A DNA stretch of 32,000 bases, from NCBI GenBank assembly GCA_964586355.1, contig CAZPGO010000019.1:1-32000 (forward strand), given 5' to 3'. Origin of the DNA: an uncultured archaeon. GTDB taxonomy: Archaea > Iainarchaeota > Iainarchaeia > Iainarchaeales > CSSED10-239. Made by a program: the position numbers and the translations under genes. Below, in pieces: positions 1 to 10,381 of this stretch (position 1 is its first letter; every line of letters starts with the position of its first letter). The notes under the pieces are model-generated. The model saw only the letters and a program-made list of their open reading frames with translations. It was not told the DNA's origin and did not search any database.

Positions 1-633
1 CATTATATTTATCCTAAAACCTTTTCTAATGGTCTAATGCAATTTAATTATTCTCCTCCTGCAAATATTGGCACTAAAGATATTGTGATTAATAAGTATA
101 AGATTTTTTATGATAATAATGAAACTGATGAAATTACATTAACTTCACCATACCCTTTAAAGCAAGGAATTAATTTTTTAAAATTAGATCTCTTTAACAA
201 TCAACACATTTCTTCAAGAAAGTTTACTGTTGTTCTTGAAACTGATGATAATAAGTATATTCTAGTTAAGAATATAACAAATCCTTATCCATATGATGAA
301 ACAGAAGAAGAACCAGAGGCTGTCTTAGAACAAGTTGCAACACCAACATTTGCTCCCGATGAAAATACAATTTATGAAACAATAAGTGTACAATTATTTT
401 GTTCAACACTTGATGCAATAATCTATTATACAATAGATGGAAGTCAACCAACTAGAGATAGTTTAGTTTATTCTAGTGCTATTACACTATCTCCAGACAC
501 AAATACAACTATTAATGGATTTGCTGTAAAAGACGGTTATGCTGATAGTCAAATAATTTTTGGTTGGTTTATATCTCCAATAGGTTCTGGGGGCGTTCCT
601 GTGCCTCCTCCAGGTGGGTTTGTGGGTCAATAA
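1..633 (+). CDS. 3' part of a secreted/surface protein gene (5' end outside the window) with a chitobiase/beta-hexosaminidase C-terminal-like (Fn3-associated) module
   Basis: Frame 1 has no stop from base 1 to the TAA at 631-633, so the listed Met at 37 is probably internal. 'PTFAPDENTIYETISVQLFCSTLDAIIYYTIDGSQPTRDSLVYSSAITLSPDTNTTINGFAVKDGYADSQII' fits the recalled pattern of that domain (P.F.P...V.L......IYYT.DGS.P...S..Y...I.L). The tail is Gly/Pro-rich. Confidence 0.5.
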   Translation, partial: HYIYPKTFSNGLMQFNYSPPANIGTKDIVINKYKIFYDNNETDEITLTSPYPLKQGINFLKLDLFNNQHISSRKFTVVLETDDNKYILVKNITNPYPYDETEEEPEAVLEQVATPTFAPDENTIYETISVQLFCSTLDAIIYYTIDGSQPTRDSLVYSSAITLSPDTNTTINGFAVKDGYADSQIIFGWFISPIGSGGVPVPPPGGFVGQ

Positions 634-709
634 ATTTTAGTTGTTTCTTGAATATTTTTAAATTACAATCTGTTTATAATTGTTTTTTTAAATAATAATA
701 TATATAATT

Positions 710-784
710 GCTCGGATAGTGTAGCCCGGTCAATCACATCAGACTCTCACTCTGATAACGCGGGTCCGAATCCCGCTTCGAGCA
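710..784 (+). tRNA. tRNA-Glu (anticodon CUC)
   Basis: Manual cloverleaf. Acceptor GCTCGGA/TTCGAGC (7 bp, one G-T). D stem GTG(T)/(T)CAC with an 11-nt loop. Anticodon stem TCAGA/TCTGA with loop CT-CTC-AC. 4-nt variable region. T stem GCGGG/CCCGC with loop TCCGAAT. Discriminator A at 784, CCA not encoded, no intron. A T-run follows (791-797). Confidence 0.85.
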
Positions 785-884
785 CATTTCTTTTTTTAAA
801 TAGAATTAAAAACATATATTTCTAATATAAGTATAGACAAACACAAAAACAGATTCAAAAAAAAATTAATAAAAAAGAAAAAAT

Positions 885-2372
885 ATGGCGAAATTTAAGC
901 AAAGCCCAAGACAGCAAAAAAAAGATTATACTTTTTTTCTTTTGGATGGTGTTTTTTGGGCTATTATGTACTATATTAGTATAGTTTTTTTAATTCCATA
1001 TTTATTACATTTTGGAGCAACAAGTTTACAAATCGGGTTATTGCAAACACTACCTATTGTGATTGCTTCTTTTTTTGGTCTGTTTTCATATAGTTTATTA
1101 AAATACTTTAATTCAAAAAAGCAGATGGTTGTGCTCTTTGCTATACTGCAAGCCTTTTTTTGGTTGCCTTTAGCTTTTGCTGGTTATTTATTTAATAATA
1201 CTTTTATTATTTGGTTAGTTATTTTTTTATATGCCCTAATACAAATAATGGAATATGCCCCTTTACCAGTATATAGAGACTGGATAGGAAAGATATTTGC
1301 AAAAAATAAAATTGTAACCTTTGTAGCAAGAAAGCAAACAATAATGAATATTATTTCTATAGTGCCTCTTTTGCTAGCTGGTTTTTATTTAGATTTTTTT
1401 ATAGATAAAAATACAACCTTTGCTTTTACTCTGTTGTTTATTTTTGTTGGTTTTTTTAGATTTGCAAGTGCTATATATTTGAGCAAAATGAGTAAAACCG
1501 AAAGCAGAAAAGAAATAATAACAGAAACAAAAAAAATGACAAAACCAGTTTTTAGTGTTTTTAAAAAACTAGTTTTAAAGAACAAAAAGTTTTTATACTT
1601 TTTATTGGTAGTCTCAGCACTTTATTTAAGCATTAATATTGCAAGCCCCTATTATAGATACTATTTTTTAGAAATACTAAATTTAAGTTACACTAACTAT
1701 ATACTAATAGAGATATCCTCAATTTTAGGTCTTGTTTTTAGTTTTTATTATTGGGGTAGTATTTCGGATATATTTGGAACCACTAAAGTTTTGAAAGCAA
1801 CAGTTATTTTCTTACCAATATACCCATTAGCTGTAATACTTCTTGGCAAAAACATTTTAGCTTTATCTTTATTAGGTTTTTTTGATGGAGTGGTTCTTGC
1901 TGGTTTTACTATTTCAATATATGGTTATTTTTATCAACAGATCAGGTCCGATTTTATTCACCACATATCTTTTTTTGTAATCTTTCAATCAGTTGCTGTT
2001 CTTATAGGTAGTTTAATTGGAGGTGTAATTTCTTCTAATAACTTTTTTTGGTATAGAGGAATTCAGGCCTATGGATTGTTGTTAATTTTTTATATTTCTT
2101 TTTGTCTAAGAACTTTTACAGTAATATACTTTGCAAATCTAAAAGATCAAGACTTTGTAAAAGATAGAAAAAGTATTAGTCTTGCAAGAGGTATTGTTTT
2201 GCAAGCCCCAGTAATTTTTGGAATGAATAGATTAATTAATTATATTTCAAAAACTAGAACTAATATAGACCGAAAAATATTAACAACAAGAAAAAAAATA
2301 GATAAAAATCTTTCAAAAACCAGAAAAAATCTTTCAAAAACTATTAAAAAAAAGAAGTTTTTAAGAAAATAA
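885..2372 (+). CDS. Multi-pass membrane transporter, probably major facilitator superfamily, with a Lys-rich cytoplasmic tail
   Basis: About 12 hydrophobic segments over 495 aa. 'WGSISDIFGTTKVLK' resembles the MFS loop motif G...D(R/K).GR(R/K). The C-terminal ~60 aa are basic and low-complexity. No SD upstream. Confidence 0.55.
   Translation: MAKFKQSPRQQKKDYTFFLLDGVFWAIMYYISIVFLIPYLLHFGATSLQIGLLQTLPIVIASFFGLFSYSLLKYFNSKKQMVVLFAILQAFFWLPLAFAGYLFNNTFIIWLVIFLYALIQIMEYAPLPVYRDWIGKIFAKNKIVTFVARKQTIMNIISIVPLLLAGFYLDFFIDKNTTFAFTLLFIFVGFFRFASAIYLSKMSKTESRKEIITETKKMTKPVFSVFKKLVLKNKKFLYFLLVVSALYLSINIASPYYRYYFLEILNLSYTNYILIEISSILGLVFSFYYWGSISDIFGTTKVLKATVIFLPIYPLAVILLGKNILALSLLGFFDGVVLAGFTISIYGYFYQQIRSDFIHHISFFVIFQSVAVLIGSLIGGVISSNNFFWYRGIQAYGLLLIFYISFCLRTFTVIYFANLKDQDFVKDRKSISLARGIVLQAPVIFGMNRLINYISKTRTNIDRKILTTRKKIDKNLSKTRKNLSKTIKKKKFLRK
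2304..2341 (+). repeat. 17-nt perfect direct repeat (AAAAATCTTTCAAAAAC) at 21-nt period, inside the transporter tail
   Basis: Copies at 2304-2320 and 2325-2341 encode the duplicated heptad KNLSKT(R/I). Confidence 0.7.
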
Positions 2373-2672
2373 CAATACAGGAAGTACCCATATCCTTTTA
2401 TAAATCTTTCTGTGATAATATATTATATGCTCCTATTTATTTCTTATTTATCTGTACCTATAAGACAAAAGATGTCTTTAGTATCTTTATCTGTTTTTTC
2501 CAAAAAAAAGATTTTCTTTAATTTAAATAACAATTTGTTTCTTAGATTCTCTATAGATAATATAAGTAATAAAGCGAGTTTTAAATTTAAAAGGGATTTG
2601 ATCTTAATTAATTAGGGGAATTAATTTCTCATCTTATTAAAAATTATAATATTAATTATTAGAACAAAAAAA

Positions 2673-3089
2673 ATGGTGTTAAATTTGGGAAAAAAAGAAT
2701 CTGACTTTGAAATGGTTGATAATGATTTAGAAATAAAAATAAAAGAAGATGTTGATGATGAAGAACCAACAGAATTTGATTCTATAGAAGAGTCAGAAGA
2801 TCAACCAAAAAAAAGAGGGCGAAAAAAAAGGAAAACAGGTAAAAGAGTAAGAAAAATTAAAGAAGAAATTACTCATTGCTATGTGCCAAAACACGAATTG
2901 CTAACTTCAGAAGAAATTGATAAACTTATTGAAGTAGGAGTTACTTCAGAAAGTCTGCCAAAAATATTTGTGTCTGATCCTGGTATTTGCCATTTAGAGA
3001 TTAAACCAGGAGATGTTATTAGAATAACTAGAAAAAACCCCCAAATTGGAGATACTGTATATTATAGAGTAGTTGTAAGTGCTGATTAA
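2673..3089 (+). CDS. rpoH: DNA-directed RNA polymerase subunit H (Rpb5 homologue) with a ~66-aa N-terminal acidic/basic extension
   Basis: The C-terminal ~70 aa 'HCYVPKHELLTSEEIDKLIEVGVTSESLPKIFVSDPGICHLEIKPGDVIRITRKNPQIGDTVYYRVVV' fit the archaeal RpoH pattern (VPKHE..LPKI..DP...PGDV..I.R.S...G...YR.VV). It is the first gene of the rpo block. Confidence 0.85.
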   Translation: MVLNLGKKESDFEMVDNDLEIKIKEDVDDEEPTEFDSIEESEDQPKKRGRKKRKTGKRVRKIKEEITHCYVPKHELLTSEEIDKLIEVGVTSESLPKIFVSDPGICHLEIKPGDVIRITRKNPQIGDTVYYRVVVSAD

Positions 3090-3116
3090 AAAATAATAAA
3101 AAAGAGAGTTTGATTT

Positions 3117-4574
3117 ATGAAAACAATAGATAAATGGTCCGTAGTAGAATCCTATTTTGAAAAATTTAGTCCTGTTCAACAACAGATTAATTCTTATAAT
3201 CAATTCTTAGAAGAAAAAATACCTGAGATTGTTGAAGAAAATGGATTTTTAAATTCAAGTAATAATGTTGATGTAACATTATCAAATATAGAAATAACAA
3301 ATCCACAAATATCTGAAGCAGATAGAACAGCAAATCCAAAGCTTATGCCAATGGATGCTAGACTAAGAAACTTAACTTATTCAGGATCTCTTTTTTTAGA
3401 TATTAAGTTATATAGAAAAGGAGTTTTGCAAGACGAAAAAAGAGCATATGTTGGAGAACTTCCAATTTTAGTAAAATCAAAAAAATGTAATATTTATGGA
3501 TTAACTCCTCAAGAGTTAATAGAGTGTGGAGAAGATCCTATGGATAGAGGCGGTTACTTAATAGTTAATGGTTCAGAAAAAGCGCTAATTACTCAAGAAG
3601 TATTAGCCTTAGATAGAATTTTGTTAAATGATTCTGAAGAAGTGGTTACTGCACAAGTAATTTCGGTAAAAGGAGCTTTTAAAGGCAAAGTAAAAATATC
3701 TAGAGCACAAGACGGAATTCTTTCTATAGTTTTTCCATCCTCTCCTAAAAAACTAGCAGTTGTAGAATTGCTTAATGCATTAGGTTTAAAGAAAAATCAA
3801 ATTTTAGAAGAGTTTTCTAAAGAGCAAATTATTCAAAATGAAGTCTTATTAAATCTAGACAAAATAGAATGTCTTCCAGAAGAAGAAGCACTAGATAAAA
3901 TAGGAAGAGCTGTTGCACCTAGTCAAACAAGATCATATAGACTAAGGAGAGCAAGAGAAGTAATAGACTCTTTTTTATTACCACATATTGGCCAAGATAG
4001 CCAAGATAGACCAACAAAAGCTTATTATTTAGTTGCAATGTCTACTAAAGTTATTGAAAAAGCATATAACCTAAGAGAGCAAGCAGATAAAGATCACTAT
4101 GCAAACAAAAGATTAGAGCTTTCTGGTAAATTAATGGAACACTTATTTAGATTTGCATTTAAGAATTTTACTAAAGATCTAAAGTTCCAAATAGATAGAA
4201 CAATATCAAGACATAGAAAATTAAATATTAATACAGTAATTAGACCAGATGCTATTACTGAAAAAATAATGTTTTCTGTAAGTACTGGTAACTGGATTGG
4301 ACAATTAACAGGTGTAACCAAATATATTTCTAGAGATAACTTTATTGCACCAGTAACAGATTTAAGAAAAGTAAAATCCACTTTAGATTCCTCTAGAGAA
4401 CTATATGAAGCAAGAGATGTTCATGGAACACATTGGGGTAGACTTTGTCCTATTGAAACACCTGATGGTCCTCATTGTGGGCTAACTAAAAATCTAGCTT
4501 TAATGGCTAAAATTACAACTGACACAGATACTACTCATATTAATAATGTGTTGAAAGAATCTGTAACAATATAA
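3117..4574 (+). CDS. rpoB2: DNA-directed RNA polymerase subunit B'' (N-terminal half of split RpoB)
   Basis: 'DKWSVVESYFEKFSPVQQQINSYNQF' at the N-terminus and 'HWGRLCPIETPDGPHCGLTKNLALMA' at the C-terminus are conserved Rpb2/beta motifs. The ORF ends where split archaeal B'' ends and is followed 20 nt later by B'. Confidence 0.95.
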   Translation: MKTIDKWSVVESYFEKFSPVQQQINSYNQFLEEKIPEIVEENGFLNSSNNVDVTLSNIEITNPQISEADRTANPKLMPMDARLRNLTYSGSLFLDIKLYRKGVLQDEKRAYVGELPILVKSKKCNIYGLTPQELIECGEDPMDRGGYLIVNGSEKALITQEVLALDRILLNDSEEVVTAQVISVKGAFKGKVKISRAQDGILSIVFPSSPKKLAVVELLNALGLKKNQILEEFSKEQIIQNEVLLNLDKIECLPEEEALDKIGRAVAPSQTRSYRLRRAREVIDSFLLPHIGQDSQDRPTKAYYLVAMSTKVIEKAYNLREQADKDHYANKRLELSGKLMEHLFRFAFKNFTKDLKFQIDRTISRHRKLNINTVIRPDAITEKIMFSVSTGNWIGQLTGVTKYISRDNFIAPVTDLRKVKSTLDSSRELYEARDVHGTHWGRLCPIETPDGPHCGLTKNLALMAKITTDTDTTHINNVLKESVTI

Positions 4575-4594
4575 AATTTTAAAGAAGTGAAAAA

Positions 4595-6421
4595 ATGGCA
4601 AAAAACACAATAAAAGCAAAAATTTATGTTAATGGTGGGCTTGTTGGATTTCATGAAGATCCAGAAAAGTTAAGAGCAGATCTTATTAAAAAAAGAAGAA
4701 GTGGTCAAATTAATCCTCAGATTAATATCTATTTTAATGATCTCACAAAAGAGGTTTATATTAATACAGATGCTGGAAGAGTACAAAGGCCTGTAATAGT
4801 TGTAGAAAAAGGAGTTTCAAAATTAACTACTGAGATATTAGAAGAAATAAAAAAAAAGAAACTTTCTTGGGATGATCTAATAAATAAAGGAATTATTGAA
4901 TTTTTAGATGCTGAGGAAGAAGAAAATGCCTATGTCGCACTAAATGAAGAAGAATTAACTGAAGATCATACTCATTTAGAAATATCTAGTACTGGTATAT
5001 TTAGTATTATAACATCTATGGTCCCTTTTGTTGAACACAACATGGCTGGTAAAGCAATCCATGGTGCTAAATTATTTAAACAAGCAATTGGAATTCCTTC
5101 AGCAAATTATAATTTAAGATTTGATACAGAGATGCATGTTTTATATTATCCTCAAAAACCACTAGTATCAACAAGAACAGAAAAACTTTTAGATCTTGAA
5201 AAAAGACCAATGATTCAAAATGCTATTGTTGCTATTATGCCATTTAAGGGTTTTAATATGACAGATGCTTTTGTTTTAAATAAAGCCTCTGTGGATAGAG
5301 CTTTTGGAAGATCTTCCTATTATAGATCATATTCTGCTATTGAAACTAGATATCCTTCTGGTCAAACAGATAAATTTATTGTGCCAAATGAAGAAGCATC
5401 AGGATATAGAGGAGAAAATGCTTATCTAAATTTAGGAGAAGATGGTCTTGCTAATGTAGAGAGCTATGTTAGTGAAGGCGGTGTAGTTATTGGAATGACT
5501 TCCCCTCCAAGATTTGTAGAAGAAGTTTCAGAGTTTGGAGTTGTTACTGAAGAGAGAAGAGATACTTCTGTTTGTTCAAGAAAACATTTAAACGGTTTTG
5601 TGGACAAAGTTTTGATTAGTGAGACTGTAGATGGAACAAAATTAAGTAAAGTAAAAGTAAGAACATATTTAGAACCACAAGTTGGAGATAAATTTACCTC
5701 AAATCATGCACAGAAAGGTGTTGTTGGTGCTGTGGTAAGAGAAGAGGATTTGCCTTTTACTTCTAATGGTGTAAAACCAGATGTTATTTTAAGTCCACAC
5801 TCCATTCCATCAAGAATGACTCTGGGTCATCTTTTTGAGACTATTGGTGGAAAAGCTGTTTCTTTAAGTGGAGAATCAATAGATGGAACTGCTTTTTATA
5901 ATGATAAAGAAAATATTTTTAAGATATTAAAAGAATATGGGTTTAGACCAGATGGAAAAGAAGTATTTTATGATGGTCAAACTGGAGAAAAAATAGAAAT
6001 GCCTATTTTTGTAGGTCCATTATCTTATGAAAGATTGTTAAGTCACATTGTTGTTAATAGAATACAAGCAAGAGATAAAGGTCCAGTGCAATTATTAACA
6101 AGACAACCAACAGAAGGAAAACAAAAAGGTGGCGGAATCAGATTTGGTGAAATGGAAGGCGAAGCATTGGTTGCTCATGGGGCTGCAATGACTCTTCAAG
6201 AGAAACTAATGGACGATGCTGATGAAATGGAAGTTTTGTTTTGTGAAGATTGTGGACTTCCAGCAGTAGATGATAAGATCACAAACAAAAAGTATTGTAA
6301 AGTTTGTGGTGGAAGCAATGTATATCCAATAAAGATAAGCTACGGTTTTAAGTTATTGTTAGATGAGCTTAAAGCAATGGGCGTTTATCCAAAAATAAAT
6401 ATTGGAGATAAGATTGACTAG
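4595..6421 (+). CDS. rpoB1: DNA-directed RNA polymerase subunit B' (C-terminal half of split RpoB)
   Basis: 'GDKFTSNHAQKGVVG', 'RFGEMEGEALVAHGAA', and a C-terminal Zn ribbon 'CEDCG...CKVCGG'. SD-like GAAGTGA lies 6 nt upstream. Confidence 0.95.
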   Translation: MAKNTIKAKIYVNGGLVGFHEDPEKLRADLIKKRRSGQINPQINIYFNDLTKEVYINTDAGRVQRPVIVVEKGVSKLTTEILEEIKKKKLSWDDLINKGIIEFLDAEEEENAYVALNEEELTEDHTHLEISSTGIFSIITSMVPFVEHNMAGKAIHGAKLFKQAIGIPSANYNLRFDTEMHVLYYPQKPLVSTRTEKLLDLEKRPMIQNAIVAIMPFKGFNMTDAFVLNKASVDRAFGRSSYYRSYSAIETRYPSGQTDKFIVPNEEASGYRGENAYLNLGEDGLANVESYVSEGGVVIGMTSPPRFVEEVSEFGVVTEERRDTSVCSRKHLNGFVDKVLISETVDGTKLSKVKVRTYLEPQVGDKFTSNHAQKGVVGAVVREEDLPFTSNGVKPDVILSPHSIPSRMTLGHLFETIGGKAVSLSGESIDGTAFYNDKENIFKILKEYGFRPDGKEVFYDGQTGEKIEMPIFVGPLSYERLLSHIVVNRIQARDKGPVQLLTRQPTEGKQKGGGIRFGEMEGEALVAHGAAMTLQEKLMDDADEMEVLFCEDCGLPAVDDKITNKKYCKVCGGSNVYPIKISYGFKLLLDELKAMGVYPKINIGDKID

Positions 6422-6473
6422 GTTTTTACTAACCTTAAATTTTATAAAAAAGATTAAAAAAGGCTGAAATAAT

Positions 6474-9065
6474 ATGACATCATCAAAGAAAATAAAAAAT
6501 ATTGAATTTGGAGTTTTAAGTCCAGATATGATTAGAAAGCTTTCTGTTGTTGAAATAACAAGAGCAGAAACCTATGATAAAGATGGATATCCTATAGAGA
6601 GAGGACTTATGGATGCACATTTAGGAGTAATCTCCCCAGGGCTTAGATGTAAAACCTGTGGGCAGACTATGAAAAATTGCCCAGGTCATTTTGGATCTTT
6701 AGAGCTTATAAGACCTGTGATTCATCCAAAATTTGGTGATAAGCTTTATCAAGTTTTAGCAGGAACCTGTCATAATTGTGGAAGGATTTTAGTTCCTGAT
6801 GACAGAATAAATGAAGTTATGGCTCATGCAGGAAATACAGAAAAAGCAGTAAAAGAAATATTAAATATTGTTAAAAATCAAAAAGAGTGTCCTCATTGTG
6901 GTGACAAGACGTCTAAAATAACCTTAGATAAGCCAACAAATATTTTTAAAGATCAAGAAAGAATTTATCCTTCTGAAATACTTGATTGGTTAGTAAAAAT
7001 TCCAGAAGACGATTTGTTTTTGTTTGGATATTCTGAAAGAATAAAACCTCAATGGTTTATTTTATCTGTATTGCCTATTTCTCCAGTATCTATAAGACCT
7101 TCTTTGTCTTTAGAAAATGTAATTACTTCAGAGGATGATTTAACTTATAAGTTATTAGATATTGTTAGAATAAATATAAGACTACAAGAAAACATAAATG
7201 CTGGGGCTCCACAAATAATTATTGAAGATTTATGGGATTTGTTACAATATAATATTACAACATATATTGATAATAATACAGCAGGAGTTCCTCCAGCAAA
7301 GCAAAGATCAGGAAGACCACTAAAAACAATTGCTCAAAGACTAAAAGGAAAAAAAGGAAGATTTAGATTTAATCTAATAGGAAAAAGAGTAAATGCTTCT
7401 GCCCGTTCAACTATTACTCCATCAACAGATATTAAAATTAATGAACTTGGTGTTCCTGAATTTATTGCAGAAACATTAACAATTCCAGAAAAAATAACTA
7501 GTTGGAATATGGATAAAATTAAAGAATATATTCTAAAAGGAAAAGTAAATTACATAATAACAGAAAAAGGTCTGCGAAAAATAGTTACAGAAGAAAATAA
7601 AGAAGAAATAGTTACACAATTAGAAGAAGGAATGACCATTAAAAGAAAATTACAAAATGGAGATGTTGTTATCTTTAATAGACAACCAACACTTCATAGA
7701 ACATCAATGATGGGTCATTATGTAAAAGTTTTACCAGGGAGAACATTTAAGCTAAATCCAATTTCTTGTCCTCCATATAATGCGGATTTTGATGGGGATG
7801 ATATGAATCTTCATGTTCCACAAAGTGAGGATGCTTATACTGAGGTAAAAGAATTAATGGGTGTGGAAAAACATGTAATAAGTGTAAGACATGGAGATCC
7901 AACTATTGTTCCAGATCACGATCTAGTATCAGGATCATATCTTCTTACAAGAAATTCTACTGAGTTTAATAAAAAAGAAGCTATGGAGTTACTATATTCA
8001 GTAGGAATAACAGAATTACCAACAGCAGATAGAGGTAGAGGAAGATATTCTGGTAAACTGATTTTTAGTCAAATACTTCCAAAAGATCTAAATCTAGAAT
8101 ATACAAACAAACTTTGTCAAACAATATCAAAATCAAAAGGCTGTAAAATATGTAAGAAAGAAAAGTGTCCTTATGATTGTTATCTAAAAATAGAAAAAGG
8201 CAAATTAGTGTCAGGTGTTTTAGATGATAAGATGAGTAAACATAAAAACTTAATAGAAATTATTTATAGACACTATGGTTCTGAAGCCTTAGTTGATTTT
8301 TATTATAAATTAGGAAAACTAGTCTTCTATAATTTAAACAAAAGAGGATTAACTGTTGCTCTTGATGAGTACAAGGCACCAGAAGAACTTAAAAAAGAGA
8401 TAAGATCAAAAATAAGATCAACAATTACAGAATCCAATAAACTAATAAAACAGTTTGAAGAAAAAACATTAAAATTAATTTCTGGAAAAGATCTTAAAGA
8501 AACATTTGAAGCAGAAACCATAAGAATAACTGCTAATATGAAAGATGAAATTTCAGATAAGATTTTTGATCTAAAATTAAATGATGTTCTTGGAGAAAAT
8601 AAACAAGCAAACAATAACACTGTTATGCTTGCAAGTGTTGGTGGAGCTAGAGGAAGAGTATTAAATGTTGCAAATATGCTTGGACTTTGGGGACAAGTAA
8701 CAGTAAGAAAAGGAAGACCAAAAAACGGATTTTCTGGAAGATTATTAAGCTTAAGTCCAAAAGGTACAAATCAGTTGGTTGACTATGGATTTGTTCAAAC
8801 AAGCTTCTTTGAAGGAATGAATCCAAAAGAATATTTTTGTCACGCTATGGGTGGTAGACAAGGTGAAATTGATACTGGTGTTGCTACAAAAGTTTCAGGT
8901 TATCTTTATAGAAGACTTTCAAATGCTATGAAAGATTTAGTAGTTGATCAGGATTTAAAAGTTATGTCTGCAGATAGACAAATTGTTCAGTTTGTTTATG
9001 GTGATGATGGTTTATCTCCTGACAAGGCTTACTTAGGAAAAAATATAAACTTCTTTAATGAATGA
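6474..9065 (+). CDS. rpoA1: DNA-directed RNA polymerase subunit A'
   Basis: Zn motifs 'CKTCGQTMKNCPGHFG' and 'CHNCG', 'RQPTLHRTSMMGH', and the catalytic 'YNADFDGDDMNLHVPQS'. Confidence 0.95.
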   Translation: MTSSKKIKNIEFGVLSPDMIRKLSVVEITRAETYDKDGYPIERGLMDAHLGVISPGLRCKTCGQTMKNCPGHFGSLELIRPVIHPKFGDKLYQVLAGTCHNCGRILVPDDRINEVMAHAGNTEKAVKEILNIVKNQKECPHCGDKTSKITLDKPTNIFKDQERIYPSEILDWLVKIPEDDLFLFGYSERIKPQWFILSVLPISPVSIRPSLSLENVITSEDDLTYKLLDIVRINIRLQENINAGAPQIIIEDLWDLLQYNITTYIDNNTAGVPPAKQRSGRPLKTIAQRLKGKKGRFRFNLIGKRVNASARSTITPSTDIKINELGVPEFIAETLTIPEKITSWNMDKIKEYILKGKVNYIITEKGLRKIVTEENKEEIVTQLEEGMTIKRKLQNGDVVIFNRQPTLHRTSMMGHYVKVLPGRTFKLNPISCPPYNADFDGDDMNLHVPQSEDAYTEVKELMGVEKHVISVRHGDPTIVPDHDLVSGSYLLTRNSTEFNKKEAMELLYSVGITELPTADRGRGRYSGKLIFSQILPKDLNLEYTNKLCQTISKSKGCKICKKEKCPYDCYLKIEKGKLVSGVLDDKMSKHKNLIEIIYRHYGSEALVDFYYKLGKLVFYNLNKRGLTVALDEYKAPEELKKEIRSKIRSTITESNKLIKQFEEKTLKLISGKDLKETFEAETIRITANMKDEISDKIFDLKLNDVLGENKQANNNTVMLASVGGARGRVLNVANMLGLWGQVTVRKGRPKNGFSGRLLSLSPKGTNQLVDYGFVQTSFFEGMNPKEYFCHAMGGRQGEIDTGVATKVSGYLYRRLSNAMKDLVVDQDLKVMSADRQIVQFVYGDDGLSPDKAYLGKNINFFNE

Positions 9066-9092
9066 AATATTTATGAAAAAAAGGTGTGAAAA

Positions 9093-10259
9093 ATGAAAGA
9101 TTTACCACAAGCAATAATTGATAAAATTAATAAATATGCAGACTCTAAAAAGTTTAGTGCTGATAAAAGAAAGAAACTTTTAGAACTGGTTACTACAAAG
9201 TATAATAAAGGATTAGTTGTCCCTGGAGATGCTGTTGGTCTAATAGCAGCTCAATCTATAGGAGAACCAGGAACTCAGCTAACATTAAGAACTAAACACT
9301 ATGCTGGATCTTTGGAAGTATCTGTTGGTCAGGGAATACAAAGAGTAATTGAAATTGTGGATGGTAGATCTAGTGCTAAATATCCATCTATGGTTATATA
9401 TTTAGATAAAGAATATTTTAAAGGGAAAAAAGAAAAAGATTTTGAAAAATTCTGTAACTCTTTACTAGATGTTAAGATAAAAGATGTAGGTGTTTTTAGT
9501 GAGAACTTTACAGATAGAACGGTCTCTTTTAAACTTGATGAAGAAAAGATGCAGTTAATAAATTATGATGCAGAAGAGCTTATGGAATTAATTTATTCAA
9601 AAATAGAAGACACCTATGCCTCTAAGAGATTTGCATCAAATAAACAACAGATAAATTTCCATTTTGATGATAATACTCAATTATATACAATTAGAAAAAC
9701 AATACTTACTTGGAATAAGATACCTTTATATGGTGTTAAAGGTATAGAAAAAGCAGTTTTATTTAAAGAAGGAGAAGAGTATATAATAAAAACAAAAGGC
9801 TCTAATCTTAAAGAAATTTTAAAAACAGAAGGAATTGATTCTTGTAAAACAACCACAAATGATATATTTGAGATCTATAAACTTTTTGGTGTTGAGGCTG
9901 CAAGAGAGTCTATTGTAAGAGAACTAAGTTATACTTTTTTTACTAATGGAATTAACATTAGTTTAAGACATATTTATATATTAGCAGATATTATGACAGT
10001 AAATGCTAATGTTAGAGGAGTTGTAAGAACAGGAATTACTGGAAAAAAGAAAAGTCCATTTGCAAGAGCTGCATTTGAAGAAACAATAAAACATATAATT
10101 GATGCTTCTTTTAATGGAGATATAGAAAATCTTGTGGGAATAACAGAAAATATAATTGTTGGACAACCAATTTTTGCAGGAACTGGACTTGTAAGACTAA
10201 CTTTAGACTCAAAAGGTCTAAAAAAGATGATCAAAATAAAAGAAAAGGAGTCAGCATAA
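9093..10259 (+). CDS. rpoA2: DNA-directed RNA polymerase subunit A''
   Basis: Trigger-loop region '[16 protein letters not shown]' and '[13 protein letters not shown]'. GGTG SD lies 7 nt upstream. The gene follows rpoA1 by 27 nt. Confidence 0.95.
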   Translation: MKDLPQAIIDKINKYADSKKFSADKRKKLLELVTTKYNKGLVVPGDAVGLIAAQSIGEPGTQLTLRTKHYAGSLEVSVGQGIQRVIEIVDGRSSAKYPSMVIYLDKEYFKGKKEKDFEKFCNSLLDVKIKDVGVFSENFTDRTVSFKLDEEKMQLINYDAEELMELIYSKIEDTYASKRFASNKQQINFHFDDNTQLYTIRKTILTWNKIPLYGVKGIEKAVLFKEGEEYIIKTKGSNLKEILKTEGIDSCKTTTNDIFEIYKLFGVEAARESIVRELSYTFFTNGINISLRHIYILADIMTVNANVRGVVRTGITGKKKSPFARAAFEETIKHIIDASFNGDIENLVGITENIIVGQPIFAGTGLVRLTLDSKGLKKMIKIKEKESA

Positions 10260-10267
10260 GTTTTTTT
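10260..10267 (+). terminator. Oligo-T tract after rpoA2 (candidate archaeal terminator)
   Basis: TAA is followed by G and a run of 7 T. Archaeal termination typically uses oligo-T tracts. The following 120-nt gap contains the TATA-like TTTATATA at 10298-10305. Confidence 0.35.
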
Positions 10268-10381
10268 AGTAATTTGATTTCTTTTTAAATTATTTTGTTT
10301 ATATATTATATATTAATAGTTAAAAAATTAACAAAGCAGACAAGCAAAAAATAAAAAACAAAGGAAAAAATGTGATTTTTT

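Noticed and set aside
2412-2615. 67-codon ORF (GTG start) in the 300-nt gap between the transporter gene and rpoH
   Set aside because: It is low-complexity I/L/F/K/N sequence with no SD and no recognisable motif. An ORF of this length is plausible by chance in a 300-nt AT-rich gap read in six frames. The region is more likely the rpo-operon promoter and leader.
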